Source of the DNA: Octopus sinensis
Taxonomy: Eukaryota
Length of the DNA stretch: 64,000 nucleotides
Direction of reading: 5' to 3'
Assembly: GCF_006345805.1 (NCBI RefSeq)
Contig: NC_043020.1
Span: 30,628,001 to 30,692,000 of the forward strand
Part shown: positions 1-13,381 of the stretch, piece after piece
How the letters are laid out: every line of letters begins with the position of its first letter
Position numbering within the stretch: the first letter of the stretch is position 1
Notes under the pieces: generated by a model
Databases searched by the model: none
Told to the model about the DNA's origin: nothing
What the model saw: the letters and a program-made list of their open reading frames with translations, nothing else
Position numbers and translations under genes: made by a program

Positions 1-299
1 GAGAAACAATTGGGGGCAACAGAAGCCACCACAAGTTTCCCCAGAATGCTGAGGTTACCACCCTTTGATCATAAAATGCAAGCCAACTGACCTGATCTCA
101 TTGCGAAAAATCCTGTTAAAAAGACTTCTGATTGACATTGCTGCTCCAGCTGAGAAAAACACATCTCTGAAGAATGTTTGAATAAACTAAGCAAATATAT
201 ATATACAAGAAACTCACAGCAAGGCAAGTGCACAGCAGGAGAGCTCTTCAAAGGGACAACTCCCATCCAACAAGTGTTTCAGCCCTTATACCTCACACA

Positions 300-2320
300 C
301 TATAGGGGCCGGCTTCACCCAAATCATGACTCCTAGGTGTCCTCCTGCTGCATTCCAAAATCCTGTCTCCAGCAGGATTTGAACCTGGGTCATTCCTTTG
401 TTCCCAAGTCTGTGTTTCAACCCACCAGGCCACTCTAACTGATGAAGGGACCAGTTCTCTTCTTCCTTCTATTCCTGTAAATAACCAACAAGATCCATAA
501 CTAGGTCCATTGGTCATTTCTCTTCATCCATATCCACATTGAGCTCTTTTCAACAACATCAGACAGGCATTTAATCACGGTAGTTCTTCTGCAGCCTTTG
601 ATGCCCAGCTGCCTGAGTAGCCGACAAGTTGATGCAGTCACAAATTCACGTGATCCAACTTCAACTGGCTTCACAGTACATTGGTAACACTCAATCCCTA
701 GCTGCTTTGCCAGTTCACCATATTTTCTCATCTCAAAGATGTGTTGCTCTTCTATGTGGCTCTTGTATGGTACTGACAATTCAATAAGAATCACTTTGGT
801 ACCCTGTTCAGACCATAAGACGATGTCTGGTTGCAAGCCATTCTTGGTGACAAACTCTGGGTAGTTCTTGTGCTTCTCACTGATATCTGCAGCTATTTCC
901 CAGGAATCTCATGTCCAAGTAGTCTCCCTCCTGCCACGATTTCATATCCAGTTATCTTCTTCACTTTGGTCCACTCCTTTCCTTCTTTGGTTACGAAGGA
1001 CACATTGGATTTGGTTGTGTCCCACTGCATTTGATTCCAGATTGAAGTGGTCAATTCTTCCAGCAATCTGTTGTGCTTCCATGTGTATCTGCCATCAGAA
1101 AGAGCAGTCTTGCAGGAACTCAGGACAGGGTCCATTGACTGCGGTTCGCTTGTCCTTGCACAGGGGTCATATTGACATGTTTTCCATACCCCACTTTACA
1201 AAGTTGGTGCTTGATGAAGGTCATAAGTTGCTCTTATTATGAAACTCAATCTGAGTGGTGCCATGTGCCACACATCATTCCATGTTAGAGATTTCTGCAT
1301 TGCAGCATCCCAGGTTGTCCATCACCCCCACTGAGACTGCCGGATGGCTTTCACATACCTCTTTCTTTCCTCTTCACTCCTAACCTCCTGAATTGCAAGA
1401 TCCCTTTGGACTTTGCCGCTTTTAACCGCCATTGCACCTTGGTATTGCCCAATCCTTGCCTTCCTCTCTCAGTGACATCCATCATCTCTTTTGCTCTTCA
1501 GATTCTTTTCAGCATCATCAGTTGCATCCATGACCCGACACTTCATTCCTGTCTTTAGGCTTGGCTGCACCCATCTAACCATCTAACCATCTTTGGGGTC
1601 TTTCAGCATAAACTGCAGTTTTGTTTTCCCCACCTTATACTCTTTGACTAAGGATTTGAGAGACAGTCTCAGTTTTGCCCTCTTGCAAGAAAGAGCAACC
1701 CCAGTCAGACTGGGGGGGGGGGGTACACCAAGCCATTTTCTTGTGTACCTATTTATTTTTGTCTCCATTGCTTCCACTGCCAAAGTTGCCATTTCATACA
1801 ATATTAGGGGTCATAGGGGCCATAGATATCAGCATATGCTGAAGACACCTTGTATTTGAATGCTTGTCAACTTTGAGTAGATGCTCCTCTACTGTCTTGG
1901 CCATTTCCTTGGAGTCTTTCAGGGTCTTGTCGTACCATCTGCCAAGACTTTTCACTGGCTGCTCCAATACAGTGGGAATCTTGTGGCCACCAACTTTGAA
2001 GCTAATATCTTCCTTCATTTTCCCTTTCCTTAAGGAGAGGCTCCTAGATTTCTTCAGTTTGAAAGCCATTCTGCACCAGACCATCAGCTAGTCCAGTTGG
2101 TTGAGAAGATTCCAGAATTCTGACTCTCTTGATGCAAGGATAGTAGTGTCATCCAAGGAGGCTTTCAGGGCTGTCATCTTGCATCCACCACCAAGGTCTG
2201 CTGCACTTTCTTTGTTTTCTACTGCTCTCAGAAGTTCCAGCATCATCATCATGAAGAGTATTGGTGACACTGCACAACCCATCGCAATTCCAACCCCCCA
2301 ATCTAGCCCAGGCAGTTGTG
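300..2320 (-). mobile_element. 5'-truncated, frameshifted RLE-type non-LTR retrotransposon (HERO-like clade)
   Basis: Collinear minus-strand ORF fragments: RT (GIAMGCAVSPILF...DDTTIL), AFKxKKSRSLSLRKGK...PVKSLGRWY, CCHC-type CPLC...LSSCKTALSDGRYTWKHN, and a restriction-like endonuclease (PDIVLWS...VILIELSVP...GSREF). Clade assignment is from recalled motifs. Confidence 0.8.
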
Positions 2321-2904
2321 CATCTCTTGGTGATAAAAAGAATTGGAAATTGAAATAAGAAAAAACAACATTACCTCTTGTTATTACTAAAGGCACAAGG
2401 CGTGAAATTTTGGGGGAAGGGACCAGTCGATTTCAGCAAGTCCAGGGCATAACAACCCCGAAATGATGAAAGGCAAACTCAACTTAAAAAGCGGAATTTG
2501 AACTTAGAACATAAAGAGGGATGAAATGCAGCTAAACATTTTGTCTGGCAAGCTAAGGATTCTGTCATCCTGCTGCCTTAATAGTAGTCATGACGATGAT
2601 GATGATGATAACAATAATGATAACAATAATGATGATGATGATGATAATTCTTTCTTCTGTAGGCACAAAGTCCAAAATTTTGTAGGTGTGGTCTAGTCAA
2701 TTACATCAACCCCAGTACTCAACTGGTATCTATTTTATCAACCCTGAAAGGATGAAAGGTGAAACTGGCCTTAGTGGTATTTGAACTCAGAACATAAAGA
2801 ACTGGAAGAAATGCTTCTAAGCATTTCATTCGACATGCTAACGCTTCTGCCAGCTCACTAGCTTGATGATGATGATGACGATGATGATGTGATGAACTTC
2901 ATAC

Positions 2905-3006
2905 CTCAATATCTATCTCCTTGAGAACACCGTTATACTCCTCTGGCAGATTTTCTGGAGACACAAATTCATGCAGAGCACTGACATTCTGTCCATGGAA
3001 ATGTAA
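2905..3006 (-). CDS. TTPAL: TTPAL-like exon 6 (LHFHGQNVSALHEFVSPENLPEEYNGVLKEIDIE); terminal exon off-window
   Basis: TTTGCAG acceptor and GAG|GTATG donor; 102 nt, phase 0; HFHG...LH...LPEEYxG motif. No stop codon before the donor. Confidence 0.93.
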
Positions 3007-3438
3007 CTGCAAAGAGAAACACATAGCATTAAAAACAGTGGGGAGGGGGGGTATGTGTGTGTGTGTGTATGTAAGTGTATGTGTGTGTGTGCGTGTGTGT
3101 GCATGGAGGAATCAGGGTGAGTGATGAGGATCATGGTATTCAGAAATAAAATATACATACATGCATGCATGCGCACATACATACATACTTACATACACAT
3201 GGGATATATACACACACACATACATACACACACATACATGCCCATACACATGTACACAGTCAATTAGGGTAGAAGTAAACACAATATACAGACATCCGTA
3301 CACAAACCTACCCATCCATACATCTATGTATACATACCCTTATGTACAATGTTAGTGTAGGGCAGTTCTTGACAGTAAGGCAAACACAATATAAGTGATA
3401 CATACACACAAAATAATACACATACACACACACATATT

Positions 3439-3488
<50 letters not shown>

Positions 3489-5484
3489 AAGGAAAGAAAG
3501 GATTAAAATATCCAGACAGATATCAATAAATGAATCTGGTTCCCTCTCTCCAACAATCAGACTCGAATCAATGCAAGTGGAGTAAAGAGCCCAGGTAATT
3601 CCTCATTTATGACAAGTAGATCCAAATAGCATTTAGAAGAATTTTGAGGAATTCAGAGTATTAGATAATGAAAGTACGGATAGAGAAAATCACATCTTTA
3701 ATTGTAGAATTCACCTTACAAAGCTGACAATTGTTTCTATTGTATTAACATATTCAGATATAGAAAATATTCAGATTAATACATCCAAAAATACATATTA
3801 ACATAACATTTTGAAGGCGATCCAAAATTAATTAAATTCAAAATGAACTAAGAAAATATTTCTTGTACACAAAGGCACGCAAAAAAGAACGTTAAGAAGA
3901 AATACAATATTCTAAGAAAAGGTATTTTAGTATTCAACTTTTGGTCATGGATAATGAAAGAATAAAAAATAAACATAAGAATTCTATGTCACAACAATTA
4001 GAAACATAGAGATTCTATGACATGTCAATTAGTTATCTATTTATTAAATTTGCTAAATATTTTTTAGAAAAATTATGCTTATATGAAAGGCAATTATAAT
4101 TAAGAATTGAAATTTTTAAATACCTTCTGAAATTTGCAACAACATTTCATTGAAAAATTCCCATTAAAATTTAATAAAATTAATTTAGATATAATTATAT
4201 AATATATTTCTTCAAGGCAAAGATCACATGTAGAATTGCCAATATTGTCCTTTAGAAAATCAGTGTTTAAGGAAAAATAAAGTCTATCAATGTAAGGTAA
4301 TAACAGAGGATCATAAGTATTATTACCTAGGTTCATCTGCTACAGTTTGGAAATCTAGATTTTATAATCATTCTCATTCATTTAAGTATAAAAGAAAAGG
4401 TAATTCTACAAATCTTAGTAAATGCATTTGGGATTTAAAGGATAGGAACAGAAAATATTATTTAAAGTGGTCCATTATTAGTTTTGCACCATCCATACTA
4501 CACTCTCAGAGTGGTTGGCATTAGGAAGGGCATCCAGCTGTAGAAACACTGCCAGATCAAGATTGGAGTCTGGTGCAGCCATCTGGCTCACCAGCCCTCA
4601 GTCAAAATCGTCCAACCCATACTAGCATGGAAAGCAGACGTTAAACGATGATGATATAATATTGGCAATTTTCCGTGTGAGCCCTGCTACACTTAACTCA
4701 GTAGAACAGTCAGGATGTGATGGCTAGAGAAAGAGACGAACGCACCTAGGAGTCAGCCAGAACACATTTTCAGATACATAAACAGGAACTTGTCCTGGGT
4801 ATGACACTGAACTGCATTCAGTGGGGGCGGGGATGCTCCAGTTGGGTAGTTCTGGAGTTGGTGGGAGCATGATGTCACCCCTTAATTACCATTACTCCCA
4901 GGTCCATTCTGACCTGGAAAGTAGTACCTGTCAGGGACCCATCTATAGGTTGTATAGAAAGAGTGAGCTCCTTAGCTGTGTTGAAAGCAGTCAATTTCGG
5001 AGAAGGAAAACTCCAAAACGAAGACCCTCTTCCAATATGTCCTAAGCCAGCAATGGAAGTGTATGGCTGATGAAACTAACATGAGGGGAATGTCCAATAA
5101 CATAAATTCATACTATGGAGGCAATCAGTTCATGTTAGTACACATTCTGTTGCATGCAGAAATTGAGGGAATTGGAGCAACACGAAATGAAGTGCTTTGC
5201 TGAAAGACACACGGCACCGTGGAGTCCAGGAATTGAATCTAAAACTGTATAATTACGAGGCCAACACACTAATAATTAGGATGTATGCTTACACACACAC
5301 ACACACACACACTCTCTCTCTCTCTCTCTTTCTTGCTTTGACATACTGGTTTAGAATGAGAGTTCCTGACAGTAGGAGACACACAATAGCCATGATATAC
5401 ACAACACCTGTACATGTATATTTACACACAAACGCATGCTCATACTCTCACAGTATTTAGTTATCTTTGTGATGCATTTCTTAC

Positions 5485-5595
5485 CCTTTTGACGATCTTC
5501 TCCTTGAGAAAAGGGCGAACAATGGAGAACAGAATATCAAACATGCTTGGTTCATGGATATAATGTATGCCCTTCAGACGTAATGGGAAGCACTC
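5485..5595 (-). CDS. TTPAL: TTPAL-like exon 5 (ECFPLRLKGIHYIHEPSMFDILFSIVRPFLKEKIVKR)
   Basis: TTTGCAG acceptor and AGG|GTAAG donor; 111 nt, phase 0; FPxRxKxxH and PFLKEKI motifs. Not in the ORF track. Confidence 0.95.
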
Positions 5596-5674
5596 CTGCA
5601 AATAAGTAGTAGTAGCAGTAGTCGTAAAGATTAACGAGTTTAATTACACATTTACATACTATGTATTATATAGC

Positions 5675-5734
<60 letters not shown>

Positions 5735-5743
<9 letters not shown>

Positions 5744-6520
5744 GGAACAAAAAGGCAATAGAGTGCATTGAAACGTTTGGACAGATCGACAATACAAAGG
5801 CAGACATGAGAAACAACAATCAGAAGGACAGGCAAAAAAACAATGGTCATTCTTGGCTTTCTTTCACTGATCAAGTCCCAGGAGTCATGACCATTTCGGG
5901 CAGTTACACTTGAGATGGTTCGATCAAGTTGCCCCCCAAAAAGTCTAAGCTAAGAGCATTAGACCCCTTTGTAAGGAAGCTATCGAATGTGTATGGCTTT
6001 AAAGGCAAAAAAACAAATAAACAAAAAGAACAGAGAACATGGTACACAATTATGAAAGCAAACAACAAGAAATAACAACAGGTGTCTTTCGACTGAGAAC
6101 GAATCAAATTGAGTTGGTGTGTATGAAGTGAAAGCCTAAAGGCAGGAACATGGGAGACGGACACAAGAGGTGTTGATGGTCGGCAATCAGGCCAAGAAAG
6201 AAAGATCATAGCTGGGTGGACACTGGTCACGTGGAAGGAAGAGAGATGGGTAGGGGGTGCAAGAAAAAGGAAGGAAAATGAGAGGGGGAATAAAAGATAG
6301 AGTAAGAGCCATGCAAAATTTAGATACATGCTTTCTATAAGGTAAGCACAAGGGTGTATATACGCCACTATATATATATATATAAATGGAACAAAAATGC
6401 AATAGAGTGCATTAAAACATTCAGACAGATAGATGATACAAAGGCGGAGAAGAGAAACAACAATTAGGACAGGTAAAAAAAGACAGGTCATTCTCGGCTT
6501 TCTTTCATCAGTCAAGTCCC
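5735..6520 (-). repeat. ~150-bp diverged direct repeats (5735-5880, 6375-6520) flanking ~490 bp; possibly a Penelope pseudo-LTR remnant
   Basis: Both copies run ATATAAATGGAACAAAAA...GCTTTCTTTCA...TCAAGTCCCA. The repeat is visible; the Penelope origin is inference. Confidence 0.55.
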
Positions 6521-6526
6521 ATGTAT

Positions 6527-6563
<37 letters not shown>

Positions 6564-8114
6564 CTAGCAGCAGCTAATCCTGGTTTCCCCCGGTCTGCTT
6601 GGTTGATGTGGCTGTGATCATTTTTGGTCAGGCACAATCTATAACAGCGTTTCTCAACCTTATTATTTCGGGTCCTCTTTTTCGATTGGAGACTCCAGCT
6701 GTATGAAAATTTCCTGACTCCCACCTTGTCAGAAAACAGCTTCAGGAGTCATGAAGAACGAATTTGTACATAGTCTGTTTCTGAGAGTTATTCTATTGGA
6801 CCTCTGTTTAATCATTAAAACATTAGGCAATCTTTCAATACGGGAACACATGACTGTCACTTACAAACCACGTGTGTTTATTTGCATTTCTTAATATGGG
6901 ATTGGGTGGAAAGGGGATCTTTTGAAGTCAGCATGAAAGCGAAAGTGACAGAGAGAGCGCGATTGTATAAGTGAAGTTCTTTTGAAGTTGGTGTGAAGTG
7001 GAAGAATTGATGTGCATGTGTGTGCGTGTATGTGTGTGAGAGAGAGCGCGAGGGACAAAGAGAGAGAGAGAGAGTGAGGGACAAAGAGAGAGAGAGAGAG
7101 ATAACTAAAATTTTTTATTCACTTTTTGTAGTGAGTGAATGATAGAGAAAAAGTGAGAGAGAGAGGTTATGTATGTATGTATGTATGTATGTATGAATGG
7201 CTTCAGTCACATACACACGCAGGTTGTTATGTATGTATGTATACATACATAGATGTATGTATGTATACATAGATGTATGTATCTATGTATGGCCAAGAGA
7301 GAGTTAACTGAAATTTTTCAATTCACTTTTGTAGTGAGTGAATGTGTGAGTGACTGACAGAGAAAAGGAGAGAGAGGTTATGTAATGTATGTATGGATAG
7401 CTTTGGCTGACTGTCATCCTGTACTCCCCTTGTTGCTAGCGAAATGGTATATGCCGGCTGTGTGAGCAACTGGTTGTTTTAATGGCAGGGGAATTCCATT
7501 AGAAAAAGTTTTAATCAATTTTCTCGGTAACTATGGGGGCTAGGAAAAAAATACCAACCGCATTCCAATTTATGCACCCGTCTCCACATGTGTGCCATTT
7601 TTCATGCAAATCCACCCAGCCATTTGGCTGTGAATCTCAAGACAAGAAAGAATGCAACAATCGCCCATATCTAATTTATATTATAGAAATATATATATAA
7701 TCATCATCATTGTCATCGTGTAACGTCCACTTGCCATGCTGGCATGGGTGGGACGGTTTGACAAGAGCTGGCCAGGCAGAAACCTGCACCAAGCTTCTGG
7801 TTTGGGCAGGAATTTTACAGTTGGATGTCCTTCCTAACACCAATCACTCAGCAGAGTGGACTTAGACTTTTTACATGGTACAAGCACAGGGGAGGTCAGT
7901 TTTGGCAAGGTTTTTACAGCTGGGCGCCCTTCCAAATACCAGCCACTTAACAGCATGGACTGGGTGCTTTTAAGTGACACCTGCTCTGACAGGGTCACCA
8001 AGTTCTTTCAAGACACTAAAAAAAATCTCTTTTGAGAGGGGAGGTTATAGTGAGACAGAGAGACAGAAACAGGTGTCTTGCTGTAAAGGGGTACAAGATT
8101 ACCTGGAGGGAGGA

Positions 8115-8167
<53 letters not shown>

Positions 8168-8984
8168 TCAGGAATGAAGACAGGAACATGTACTGCCACA
8201 AGGGAAATACATGGTTACTCTACTTGAGGGAAGTGCAGGAGAAGGAGTGAGAGAGTGGGAGGCAGCAGGATGGAGATGGTGGCAAAGTGCCGGGGATACT
8301 CACAAGAGACGGATGAGAATATAAATGGCTGAGTAAAGGAAGAGAGAAATAAGTGGTGGCAAGTGCCAGGGGATACTCTTGAGGTTCGAATGCCATAATA
8401 TAAGTGGTGGGATATTGCAAAGGAAGTGTGATTAAAGAGTGCAGAGGGAGAGACTGGCAAAAACCTGGGTATATATAGAGTTGGAGGAGGCGGGTGGCTA
8501 CTGGATAGCAATGATACAAAGGAGCAGGGGTATGAGACAAGGACTGGGGAGTGAGAGTTAGGCAGAGGGTATGAAGGAAGAAATGTGTGGAAGAGATGTA
8601 AAAATGTAAATTGGTTTGTTGGGGTAGGGTGAGGGGAAAGTTTTCTTGTTAGGAGCAGAGAGGTCGGAGGGTAGCAGATAGCAATGATACAGTGAGACAG
8701 GACGTGTGGGTGGAACACACAGGTCAGGGGCTAGCGGAGAGCAATGATACAAGAGGACAAGTTTGGGGACTAAGAGGTAAGCATAATGCATGAAGTGGAA
8801 ATGTAAGAAAAAGAAGATATGTAGAGATGTAGTTTCATTTGCTGTGGTAGAACGTGTGAGAAGTTTTTGGTATGTGTGGGTGGGGGACACAGTGCTTCTA
8901 GAACTCAGTTTCACTAATGTGGGTGGGTCTTCTCAAGAACTTCATATCACCAGACATCTTGGTCCATTGATCCAATATCCTGAG

Positions 8985-9400
8985 ATCAGTCTTTACCACT
9001 TCATCCCACGTCTCCCTGGGTCTCTCTCTTCTGTGGGTTCCATCCACTTTCAGTGATCAGCACTTCTTCATGCAACTCTCCTCATCCATACGCATCACAT
9101 GTCCAAGCCAATGTAGTCTTCTCTCTTGCATGCTACATTTGATTCCTCTTCTGCCCAAATTTTCTCTCAATACATTTGCATTGATGAAATAAGAGAAGTA
9201 AAGAAAGAAAGTAGCTGTTCAGCCCATGTTGCAAACCAACAGTCAACCAATGGAACAAACCTCGATTCTCCCTCTTCTTTATCTTGTCTGATCATTTTTT
9301 ATACATTCTCACCACCACTGTGATTCCATGATCTTCAAAATGATGTTGAGATTACACTGTAACCTTAAACACAGTCTCTCTTGATAGCCATGCACCAGGC
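8985..9400 (-). mobile_element. RTE-clade LINE 3' fragment
   Basis: Minus strand reads RRLHWLGHVMRMDEESCMKKC...ERPRETWDEVV, the RTE C-terminal motif (WLGHVxRM...GRPRxxW). Confidence 0.65.
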
Positions 9401-9643
9401 AAAGAGCTTTGTCCCTCTTTTCATATATATATTATCAGTAAAATGAAACGTGGAGTAATGATCCAAAAAGAATCAGTTTCTAATGAAATACACAACCGCT
9501 GTTCTCTATAATGAGTGACTTTTTTTCTTCATTTGTACCATGCAGAACCATCAGCCCCGTGCTAACATGGAATACAGACGTAGAAAGGTGTTGATGATGA
9601 CGATGACATTTCTAACATAAGCACAAAGTTTGACATTTCAGAG

Positions 9644-10157
9644 CAGTGTTTCTCAACCTTTTTACCCTTAAATAAATTACATGTCTCAAGGAACCCTTGC
9701 ACAAAAAATTTGTATACCATATCTTTCTCATACTTTTTTCATCATAGTTCATCTGGTAAATGTCATATATATATATATATATATACTAGCAGTATCGCCC
9801 GGTGTTGCTCGGGTTTGTTTCGACCCTTTAGAATTGGAATTTTTGAAAAGTAAAAATTTTGCATTATGTAGCTTGTTATTCTCTTTAAGTGAACATTTTT
9901 CTGGTTGAAATACACCGAAAAATGGCAACACAGCAGTCAAAAACTCGTAAAATATACGAATTTTCATAGAAAAAAGGCACCTTTTTGATGTAAATAATTT
10001 TTGGTGTTAACATGGTCTGATTCGAATTTTTTCTTTTACAGAAGGAAGAGCAAGCCTTCTATCATACTCTCAATTTTGGTCAACTTGCGCCACAGGGTCT
10101 CGGAGGAGATAGTGTTAGTTGAAAGCTACCAAACCTGCCATACACAGACAACTTCAG

Positions 10158-10188
<31 letters not shown>

Positions 10189-10275
10189 ATGATCATGAAA
10201 TTAGCATTAGCTTATCTCACTCTTTCTTGCGGAACCCCTAGGAACTTTTTGCAGAACCCCAGTTGAGAAACATTG
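9644..10275. mobile_element. hAT (Charlie-type) MITE containing a nested Helitron-like insert
   Basis: TIRs CAGTGTTTCTCAAC and GTTGAGAAACATTG; degenerate 8-bp TSD TTTCAGAG/TTTTAGAA (6 of 8 match). Confidence 0.7.
9783..10170 (+). mobile_element. Non-autonomous Helitron/Helentron-like element (DINE-1/Lep1-type architecture)
   Basis: Starts ATACTAGC followed by a short hairpin (CCCGG...CTCGGG); ends ...ACAGACAACTTCAGCTTTATATA; inserted in (TA)n. The same start occurs at ~6560 and ~62510. Confidence 0.55.
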
Positions 10276-10578
10276 TTTTAGAAATTAGTCAATGAAATGA
10301 AACCCAGTGCTTCAGCGATCCTATGTTTTATGAATCCTGAAGGGATGAGGATAGGTGACGTTGACTTTCAGTGCAGGTTCAACCTGGAATGTAAAAAGCA
10401 GGAGCAAATGTTACATTGACGATAAGGAGGTGGGAAAAGAGGGGGATAGGGAGAGGAAGGGAAGGAGAGGAGGAGATGAGGGAGGGGCAGAAAGTGGCGG
10501 TGGGGAAGGGGAAGCAGGAGAGGAGGGTGAGAGGGAGGAGGAGGAGGAAGAAGAGGCTACAAAGCTGATATACATTAC

Positions 10579-10695
10579 TTGTATCATTGAAGTGACTTTC
10601 TTGGCATAAAACGGACTCAGAGCCCTCACTTGGACCCAACCCACATCCTTTAGGTCCATTATTGTTATGATACCATTCACTTGGGTTTCTTCATC
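10579..10695 (-). CDS. TTPAL: TTPAL-like exon 4 (DEETQVNGIITIMDLKDVGWVQVRALSPFYAKKVTSMIQ)
   Basis: TTTCAG acceptor and CAA|GTAATG donor; 117 nt, phase 0; EETQVNG motif of Sec14-type lipid-binding domains. Confidence 0.95.
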
Positions 10696-10749
10696 CTGAA
10701 ACAGACAGAGTGTGAAAGTCAGGATGAGGGCGGTGATGTTGGAGGACAT

Positions 10750-10773
10750 GCAGTAGTAGTAGTAGTAGTAGCT

Positions 10774-10827
<54 letters not shown>

Positions 10828-11140
10828 ATGTTGGTGGTGGTCTGGGTGAGGATAGTTGTGATTGTGGTGTGGTGTTGGAGGTGGTAGTAGAAGTGGTGGT
10901 GGTGGAAAACATGTGCAGCAGCAGTAGTAGTAGTAGTAGTATGAGCAGGTGTGGTGGTGGTGGTGACTGAAGGTGATGTTAGTAGTAGTGCTTGTGGTGG
11001 CAGTGTGGTTGTCATGTTTATGTTGCTGGTGATGTAGTGATGTTCATTGTAGTGATGGTAGTGAAAGTCCTGATAGTGGCAGTAGTAGTGGTGGTGGTGG
11101 TGGTAGTGATGGTGGTGGTGGTAGTGATGGTGGTGGTTGT
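10750..11140. repeat. (AGT)n/(GGT)n trinucleotide-rich tract next to TTPAL exon 4
   Basis: Visible; it explains the poly-T, poly-V and poly-L ORFs. Confidence 0.9.
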
Positions 11141-12030
11141 AGTACCGTTGGTACTTAGCTCAAAATTAGCTCTGATTGAACAAGAATGAGCAGCATGTTC
11201 CAGTAGTGACCTTCCCATCTTATTCCATGACACAGTATACCTAAGACTACATTATTCAATGTGGCCTTCTCTGGCAGTAGGAATGATGGTAGTGGTATCA
11301 TTGTTAGTTGTGGTAGTAGCAGTTGTAGCAGTAAGGGAAGATGTGATGATGGTGGTGGTTAGTTGTAGATGGTTGTCATAGTGATGTCGTTTTTGGTGAA
11401 GGGAGGGGGTGGAGGCAGCAGCAGTGGTAGAAATGAAAGCAGTATTAAGGGTAGTACATACACATGAACCCACATACAACCAACAAGAATGCTACTGTAG
11501 TTGGCCAACTTACAAGAAGCACCAGTCACTCACACCCTACTCTCTGATCTAACAAATAAAAAGTAATAATAATAATAATAATAATATAATAATAATAATA
11601 ATAAAACAGGCACGTTGGATAATGGAATCCTAAACAATGTCTGCAAAACAATAAGAAGTGAAGGTCAGGAATGGAAAGCTTTTTTCGATCATAAATCGAC
11701 TTCATCCAAGCATGACCTGTAGCTAAACAGTAACCCCACATATCTCTTTAAGAAGCCATTTACTGATTTTATAATAGGGACCAAATGCTGAAAAACCCTA
11801 CATTTAAGAAAAGCCTCCCACATTTGCATTTAAATATGGGATAGTAAAGTATACAAAGAACCCAAACATCCATTGTAATTCTTGAGAGCTTTGAGATACA
11901 GATGTTGTCTCTTCGTGAATTCTAAAACATTTTGGATGAGGACATCATTCTTCAGAACTTCAGAAATTAACAGATATTATATTTACATTTATTTTTGTAT
12001 GAGATTGCATAATTTATTCAGCAGCTTTAA

Positions 12031-12248
12031 CCCTTTAGCATTTAAGCTGGCCACATCAGGCCCAAATATTCTATTCATTTTATGTTCAAACCAACCAGAT
12101 CTAACCTTTTGCACCTACCCTACAATGTCATTCTAAAGATATACAACCACATCATTGAAATCTTGAAGCTAAGAAATGGTAAAATATGATTAATTCAAAA
12201 CAATGTGGATAAATATGCATTTCTTTTGACAGAGTAATCTAAAAAGGT
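12031..12248. mobile_element. piggyBac-like MITE (TTAA|CCCTTTAGCA terminus)
   Basis: TTAA at 12027-12030 followed by CCCTTTAGCATT; degraded right end ...AAAGGT followed by TTAA at 12249-12252. Confidence 0.45.
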
Positions 12249-12772
12249 TTAAGAAATTTGAAAATTTGGTATCATTCCCTGATTGTGTTTCACCAGAAAC
12301 AAGAGTTACCCAAATGTGAATAAGTGGCTCGAATCCTTAACTTAAAATTCTTACCTCATTGAAGAGGATTTGTTGGAATATGAAATTCCTCTGGTCTACC
12401 AATCCCATCCATTTTGATTTAGAGATTGATGATAACTTTTAAACTGATTAAACGGCTGTAATTAGGAAAATTCCAGATATATATTCCTTCAAAGTTAATG
12501 TTAATTAATGGCAGTCTCTCATAATCCAAGAGCATGATGCTTCTGCAATTTCTTGCTGAACGAACTTCACAAATGGTTTGCTTATCGTGACCCAATATTT
12601 GTGCCATGCATCTGCTCATTCCCTCCATACAACCGACATTACCTGAACAGGTGCAAGTGTACCAAAGTGCATCAGGTGTCGAAGTGATCACAGAGCTACG
12701 TAAGATGAAGTGTTTTGTCTCAAGAACAATAAAAAATTTCAAGATAATACATGGTATCACATAAACACTTAC

Positions 12773-12849
12773 TTCAATCAATTTTGAAAGGATGACAAAC
12801 CAAGTTTTGTACATATCAAAAAGTGGAAATGTCTCTGGGTTCCATCTGC
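12773..12849 (-). CDS. TTPAL: TTPAL-like exon 3 (GRWNPETFPLFDMYKTWFVILSKLIE)
   Basis: TTGCAG acceptor and GAA|GTAAG donor; 77 nt, phase 1 to phase 0; joins exon 2 to exon 4 in frame and gives the conserved GRWxP motif. Confidence 0.92.
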
Positions 12850-13381
12850 CTGCAACAGATGAAAAATATCTCTCACTTGTATATACACATTAAGTAACTT
12901 TGAAACTAACAAGGATTGACAGGTTTCTCTGTTTGCATAAACCAACCATATTCATTATATTGAGTGCTATGCACTTTGACACACACCTCAGTGTGTGTGT
13001 GTCTATATAAACATATATGTATGTTGACGTGTATGTGTGTGTGTATCTAAAAAACATGAAAGAATAAACATGGGTTGTAAACTTGGAATTCCTTTATCAC
13101 ATCTGTTAAACATGTTTTGGGATTCAGTAATTAGATGATGCCACCCATCAGTGCAGTACATAAATATGTGTGTGTATTGTATTAATATATATCTATTATA
13201 CAATATATATTGCATATATATATATATATATATATAATATAATATATATATATATATTATATATACATATGCATATATATATATGCATATATATATACAT
13301 ATATATACATATAATCATATATTATATATATATATTATATATATATATATTTAGATACATCTATATATATATATTATATAG

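Noticed and set aside
1-290. Terminal exon of the TTPAL-like gene (ORF 69-266)
   Set aside because: The phase-0 translations from the AG acceptors I tested give no Sec14-like C-terminal helix; the exon is probably left of the window.
3560-4400. L1/Tx1-type LINE relic (NSTCDLCLEE)
   Set aside because: Only a CxxC hint in very AT-rich decayed sequence; not enough to call.
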